Below, in pieces: positions 59,186 to 64,000 of a DNA stretch of 64,000 bases. Where the stretch lies: the NCBI GenBank assembly GCA_963691875.1, contig OY829846.1:4256001-4320000 (forward strand), written 5' to 3'. Below the pieces are notes generated by a model, which was not told the origin of the DNA, made no database searches, and saw nothing but the letters and a program-made list of their open reading frames with translations. This stretch comes from Aureliella sp. GTDB lineage: Bacteria; Planctomycetota; Planctomycetia; Pirellulales; Pirellulaceae. Position 1 is the first letter of the stretch. Every line of letters starts with the position of its first letter. The translations under genes and the position numbers were made by a program.

Positions 59186-61087
59186 CTATGAGCGTGCCCA
59201 ATATAAAGCGCGAAATTTAGGATCAACGCCCTTCCAGTTGCCGCCAACTTTCCTCGGTTTCGCGTCCGTGCCACGAGGAGCGCGAAGGTGCTCAGCAGGA
59301 CTGAGTTTGAGACGTCGTACTTGAGCCCAAGTACGAATAGGCTCACCTGAGAAATTTTTAAAGTCGGAGGTGGATAATGTGATTCTCTGCGTGTCATTTT
59401 CGCCAGCGCAATCCACTTCCGCTGCAAAATCGCCGAGAAGCACAACTAACTTGTTGGGCTGCGCGGATGTTACTTCCAAAACCAGCTTGGCGTCTTCACT
59501 CGGAGCCTTCCAAAGTTTGCTGTTGAGTTTGTGCGTGGTTCGCGCCCATCCGCCTGCACGATAGTGAAACCACTCTTGTTCCCAATCGCCTTCGAAGTCT
59601 TCAATTGTTTTGGTTTCAGCCAACGCCACTTCGGCTTTCGAGTCTAATAGTTCCTCAGCCGGTATCTTGTGGAGAAGCGAAGAGACTACGTAGGAGTCCG
59701 CTGTGTACGCGCCATAGTAGTATCCTGCACCTGAAATCGGTTTGAGTAATTCGTAGCGTACGTTTGCGTACACCCACAGTGGGGCATCGGTCTGGGGAAG
59801 AGGCAATCGGGCGATCCATTCAGACGAGTTCTCATGGGTAGCTCTAGCTGAACTCTGGTGCCAAAATCGATGTATCACATCTTGCATGTCGCTCGGCTGC
59901 TCAGCTTCCTTGCCTTGGAGTGTGTAGTAAACATCCACCGATTCAATCGGGCGAGAATAATCGGGGCGGATTTGCAGAACTGGAACTCCATCTGCCGAAT
60001 CTAGCTTCAGAGTCGTCTGCGGGGTCTCCGGAACTTTGAAACTGCCTTTGAGATGCTGGTCCATCCAGATCTGTGTCGCGACTTCGTGCTCGGGCGTATC
60101 TTGGTGATTGTGGTGTGGCGAGCAAGTCACACGCCAATCGTCGCTTGCGATTTCTTCTATGGCGCGAGGTAGATCGCCAATGCGTCCATGGAAGTCGTTT
60201 GCAGGGCTAAGAAACATAATGGGACAATGCACCTTGGCCAAACTCACGTCATCTCCCACGGTAGCTCGAAACAACTCACTACGGCTGTAGCGATCACTGA
60301 TGCCGCCACAAGACGGAGCAGTAGCTTTGACTCGTGGATCTACGGCCGTCATCACTGTTAGTTTTCCGCCCATGGAGTGCCCGTAGACGCCAAGGCGAGA
60401 AGCATCGACCTCGGGCTGTTCTTCTAGAAAAGTAAGAGCCCGGCGAGCAGCCAAAGCACAGAGAAACCAACCGCTGTTTCGTGGCGACTCGATGGAGTCG
60501 AGTGTCCATTCCGCCGAGGCTGCACTTGGAAACTGATTCCCGGCATTACGACCAGGAGCGTGGTAGCCATCCAGTGCACCCCAGTCTGTTGTTCTGCGGT
60601 AATTCGGGGCATCCGTTTTGTCATCCCAGAACAGTTTGACTTCCGCCGGTCCCACCCGATACGCGGGTGCACTGATGCGACCTGCCCACGCTATGGAGAG
60701 CGTGGCATAGCCACGCTTCGCGTTGGTTGAACATGCTTTGTAGTCCGCATACTGGCCGCCACCGTGGATCTGAAGGAGGCCAGGCACCTTGTTTGTCTTA
60801 CTTGCAGAGTCGGGAAAGCCGTAGACTGCTGCCAGAGTTGCTTTCCTGCCTTTGAAAATACCAATGCGAAAGCGAACGATCCTAAGGGTTACGCTATCCT
60901 CTTTCCACTGGTGCAGTAATTCGCTTTCAAGTGGTTCGGCTTGAGGGTCAAAGCCAGCCCACATTTGTTCGAAGTTCTGTGGTGCCTGATTATCGATGAG
61001 TGCAGGCAGCGTTTCGTCGCCTTGTAGCCCAGCATTCAGTAAGCTAAACAGCAAGATGTGGCTGAAGATCTTAAGTCGATATGGCAT
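59186..61087 (-). CDS. Secreted alpha/beta hydrolase (dienelactone hydrolase / acetylxylan esterase-like)
   Basis: PGLLQIHGGGQ, PEVDASRLGVYGHSMGG, PANDFHG, PHHNH. ATG 61087 gives a signal peptide. Confidence 0.85.
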   Translation of the reverse strand: MPYRLKIFSHILLFSLLNAGLQGDETLPALIDNQAPQNFEQMWAGFDPQAEPLESELLHQWKEDSVTLRIVRFRIGIFKGRKATLAAVYGFPDSASKTNKVPGLLQIHGGGQYADYKACSTNAKRGYATLSIAWAGRISAPAYRVGPAEVKLFWDDKTDAPNYRRTTDWGALDGYHAPGRNAGNQFPSAASAEWTLDSIESPRNSGWFLCALAARRALTFLEEQPEVDASRLGVYGHSMGGKLTVMTAVDPRVKATAPSCGGISDRYSRSELFRATVGDDVSLAKVHCPIMFLSPANDFHGRIGDLPRAIEEIASDDWRVTCSPHHNHQDTPEHEVATQIWMDQHLKGSFKVPETPQTTLKLDSADGVPVLQIRPDYSRPIESVDVYYTLQGKEAEQPSDMQDVIHRFWHQSSARATHENSSEWIARLPLPQTDAPLWVYANVRYELLKPISGAGYYYGAYTADSYVVSSLLHKIPAEELLDSKAEVALAETKTIEDFEGDWEQEWFHYRAGGWARTTHKLNSKLWKAPSEDAKLVLEVTSAQPNKLVVLLGDFAAEVDCAGENDTQRITLSTSDFKNFSGEPIRTWAQVRRLKLSPAEHLRAPRGTDAKPRKVGGNWKGVDPKFRALYWARS

Positions 61088-61182
61088 GGAGAGCTCAGTG
61101 ATATTGGCAAGACCAAGAAAGGTGCTCATGCTACCGGGAGCACGAGCGACGCCGTTATTGCGCTGGTTAACGGCCAGCATTC

Positions 61183-62031
61183 TTAGTTGCAGTGTTTGGC
61201 GACTTGCTGTTTCATGAAAGCAAGTCCTTGTTCAGCCAAGCCAAGCTCGGTGTCGTACATGCGGCGCCAAATACGCGTGGCGGCAGCAAGTTCTGGTAAG
61301 GCAAGACCGAATGCTTCGATAACTAGCCAGCCGTCGTAGTCAATCTTTCCGATTCCAGAGAAATTCTTCTCCCAGTTGACGTTTCCTGCACCGGGAGTGC
61401 TGCGGTCGTTCTCACTAATATGGATGTGAATCAACTTGTCTTTGATGTCATTCAAGGTGCCGACGATATCTTTTTCCTCAATGTTGCTATGGAAGGTGTC
61501 GTACATCATGCCGCAGGCTGGGTGGTCCACTTCTCGAGCAAATTCGGCCGCGTCGGCGTGTGCGTTCAGGAAGTAGCACTCGAATCGGTTTAGTGCTTCA
61601 ACACCAAGGTACACTCCAACACTGCCAGCGTGTTCTGCGACAGCCCGCATGCTCTCGACGCCCCAGGCCCACTCATCGTCCGTGCGTCCAGCGCCCGAAA
61701 AGTGCCCGAGTGCGGAGTGGTACGGACCGCAAAGTGTTTGTACTCCTGCAGCAGCGCAGCAATCCAGCGTCTTCTTGGTCAGATCGATACCCTTGGCGCG
61801 AACCGCTGCATCTTCGCTGATCGGATTGTCTTCCACGTTACGAACCGTTACAGCGGTGCACTGCAGTCCCATATCCTTCAACTGTTGTCCGAGCTTGGCG
61901 TAGTCCAGATCCAGGTTGAACATTGGCAGTTCGACGCCATCGTAGCCCATTTCCTTGAGCTTCTCGATTGTAGGCAGCATGTCGTCAGTGACTTCACCGC
62001 TCCACAACAACAGGTTCATGCCGTATTTCAT
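61183..62031 (-). CDS. Sugar phosphate isomerase/epimerase (ketose 3-epimerase-like TIM barrel)
   Basis: GYDGVE, EALNRFE, DTFHSNIEE, HISENDR..PG.G, IEAF. Confidence 0.92.
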   Translation of the reverse strand: MKYGMNLLLWSGEVTDDMLPTIEKLKEMGYDGVELPMFNLDLDYAKLGQQLKDMGLQCTAVTVRNVEDNPISEDAAVRAKGIDLTKKTLDCCAAAGVQTLCGPYHSALGHFSGAGRTDDEWAWGVESMRAVAEHAGSVGVYLGVEALNRFECYFLNAHADAAEFAREVDHPACGMMYDTFHSNIEEKDIVGTLNDIKDKLIHIHISENDRSTPGAGNVNWEKNFSGIGKIDYDGWLVIEAFGLALPELAAATRIWRRMYDTELGLAEQGLAFMKQQVAKHCN

Positions 62032-62308
62032 CTGAGCTTTCTCCGCGGGATATGCGAGTGGGATTTTTTGGGGTTGGAAGGCAGCTATTTTAGCCGCTTT
62101 TTCCCGCCAAGGAACTGGTGGAGTTGGCCTCGCTCGTGTGTCTCAGGCGTGATTTTTGGATTTCAGCCGTATTGGCGTTAGTCGCGGCTGCAAGCGAATA
62201 GATCTCGAGTGCGACTCGTGTTGGAAATCAGAAAAAGTTGGAGTGAAATCCAAAGTAGTTTGACCCGATCGCCATTTCATATCGCATTTGCAGATGATGA
62301 AACCGGAG

Positions 62309-62977
62309 TTAACGCCCTGCCGCTGAAGTCTTGAGTGGCGTTAGCAGCTCGTCGGCAGCGTTGCGCACTCGAGTACGAGCTGAGCAAAGCCACTCGCTGG
62401 TTCGGTCGGGTAGCTGCGGGAGCTTGACGCGTTTCATAACGCCGTTGAGTCGGTAGAGCAACAGCTTGTCGTCGTAGTAATCGGCCAAGAATCTTTCTTC
62501 GACGAAGCGCGGAACAAGTAGCGTTAGAACCGTTACGGGCTTGCGACAAATCTTGTTGGCGGCGGCCTGCATTTCTTCGGTATCTAGTGAAGCGAGCAAG
62601 TCATAATAGCGCTTGAGCAGAGTCGGATCACGCTCGCAGAGTACTGAGTCCAGGAGAAGTTCGATGCTGATGTGGCCCAAGAAACTTGACTGATGCCCCA
62701 TGCCTTCGCCCAACCACTCTCGTAGTTCGACCGCGAATTCGGAGCACATCAAGTTGAACTTTTCACCCATGTGAAACCAGCGGTCATCATCGTGATGTTG
62801 GACGCAGCCGCGTGCGAAGGCCCTGTGAATCGGGTTTTCATCTTCGGCGACTGGCAGAGCAAACTGCCGCCTCGCGCGATTCTTACGATCAATTACACTC
62901 ATCCAGTCCGGAAGTCCCGTGCCGATCGCGAAATAAGGATCGTCGAGAAATCGGTAAGCGTGCGAGAGGTAGTTCAA
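62309..62977 (-). CDS. AcpH-like (ACP phosphodiesterase-like) hypothetical protein
   Basis: MNYLSH, G...HHDDDRWFH, HISIELLLD. Confidence 0.65.
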   Translation of the reverse strand: MNYLSHAYRFLDDPYFAIGTGLPDWMSVIDRKNRARRQFALPVAEDENPIHRAFARGCVQHHDDDRWFHMGEKFNLMCSEFAVELREWLGEGMGHQSSFLGHISIELLLDSVLCERDPTLLKRYYDLLASLDTEEMQAAANKICRKPVTVLTLLVPRFVEERFLADYYDDKLLLYRLNGVMKRVKLPQLPDRTSEWLCSARTRVRNAADELLTPLKTSAAGR

Positions 62978-63016
62978 AGTGCTTTGAGTTTTTTAGAGGG
63001 ATCAATAGAGTGGCTG

Positions 63017-64000
63017 TTAGCGACCGAAGATTCGTCTTGCCCAGCAACGAAGTCGTGAAGGCTTTGTAGTGCCGCTGTTTCTCTGAGTACAAGGCTGGCA
63101 ACTCGGATTGAGTGAAGCATACGTGCTTGGGGCCTGCTCGGCCAGTAAAGGTTTCTCTGGTAGATCGACTTCTAGCGAACCTTCTTCGATGGCTAGCCGA
63201 CAAAGATCGTCGGTCGCAATACGATTTGTATTGACTCGGACAGTTGCATTTTGACCGTTGCTCCACTTGAGCTTTGACACCAGGATTCCACTCTTATGCA
63301 AAGTACTTGTAATCGTGGCACCTTGGAGCCGTTTTCGGAGTCCAACAAGTTCTTGCATGAGTTCGGTGAACGCGGCCTCAAAACCTGGAGTCTGGTCCCA
63401 AACTTTTGGCTTATATTCAAAGAAGGATAGTGTTTCCGCGCCGCCGAGCATGACCTGATACGCGATGACACGCAACTCATCGACTGTTGGCAACTTGTTC
63501 TTTGGCTCCAGGATCCAAGTCTGCAGAATCACGAGCTTTGGAATGTCGACACCTGCCATCGCCATTGCTCGATCACTTCGGCGCATCATTAAGTAGACTT
63601 CCCGGAGCGGTTCTTCGCCCAGGTCAGGATAAGGCATTAGGCGTATCACATCGGCAGCATTGTAGAGCTTCGCGAACTCGTGGTAAGAGCGCTGGTCCCA
63701 TCTTGAAAGCGGACCCCAATACGAAATCTCCAGTCGCGTGTTCTGGAGTTTCTTTGTCTCCGGCTTTAGGTGTTTGTAGAGATCAATGTAAAACTCGAAG
63801 GGGGTATCTGGCGTGTTGCGTTCCGGTTCATCCATGACGCTGATTCCGCGCAGTCGCCCTGGAGCTACCCTCTCCGACAACGCAAGCGAATCTCGGATAA
63901 CAGACTCCTCTGTTTTGGGCGTCCACCAGTTGGCAATGACTACGTCTAAGCCAACGCGTGTTGCTAGAGTGTGTAATGGCGCTCGATCCAAGATCACTTG
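63017..64000 (-). CDS. Hypothetical protein, possible glycoside-hydrolase-like TIM barrel; 5' end probably outside the window
   Basis: The frame is open to the window edge. MDEP, PYP, ILQTW, PT..ELR..AY....GGA. Confidence 0.6.
   Translation of the reverse strand, partial: QVILDRAPLHTLATRVGLDVVIANWWTPKTEESVIRDSLALSERVAPGRLRGISVMDEPERNTPDTPFEFYIDLYKHLKPETKKLQNTRLEISYWGPLSRWDQRSYHEFAKLYNAADVIRLMPYPDLGEEPLREVYLMMRRSDRAMAMAGVDIPKLVILQTWILEPKNKLPTVDELRVIAYQVMLGGAETLSFFEYKPKVWDQTPGFEAAFTELMQELVGLRKRLQGATITSTLHKSGILVSKLKWSNGQNATVRVNTNRIATDDLCRLAIEEGSLEVDLPEKPLLAEQAPSTYASLNPSCQPCTQRNSGTTKPSRLRCWARRIFGR

Noticed and set aside
1..64000. Genome-wide reassignment of TAG to a sense codon
   Set aside because: Many full-length conserved genes (GT11, BMC, uppP, ppx, ggt, CaCA) end at TAG at the expected family C-terminus.
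1..64000. CRISPR arrays, tRNA and rRNA genes
   Set aside because: No regularly spaced repeats, cloverleafs or rRNA-like tracts were seen in the intergenic gaps by eye.

Overview
A gene-dense chromosomal window from a planctomycete, probably Pirellulaceae-like. The evidence is the PVC signature small basic protein, a DUF1588/DUF1552-type pair, an SHD1-domain protein, a sulfatase and REP-like elements. It holds about 38 genes: RND efflux components, three glycosyltransferases (GT10, GT11, GT2), transporters, a porin, a tandem BMC shell gene with an aldehyde dehydrogenase, an RluA-family enzyme, an AmmeMemoRadiSam triple fusion, uppP plus DUF368, a class II photolyase, ppx, a PP2C phosphatase, putA, a split 5'-nucleotidase, ggt and several hydrolases. 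I saw no rRNA, tRNA or CRISPR array. Items not visible in the ORF track: (1) a degraded IS110-family transposase C-terminus followed by a 3' non-coding region that is a candidate bridge/seek RNA; (2) a 10-bp tandem duplication that frameshifts the porin away from its signal peptide; (3) in-frame TAG codons splitting two otherwise intact genes; (4) a decayed paralogous C-terminal cassette. The strongest candidates for new biology are the satellite BMC-T plus non-acylating ALDH operon, the rSAM-AMMECR1-(AMMECR1-like)-Memo fusion, and a Coq4-motif fusion protein. All family calls come from reading motifs by eye; no database searches were run.
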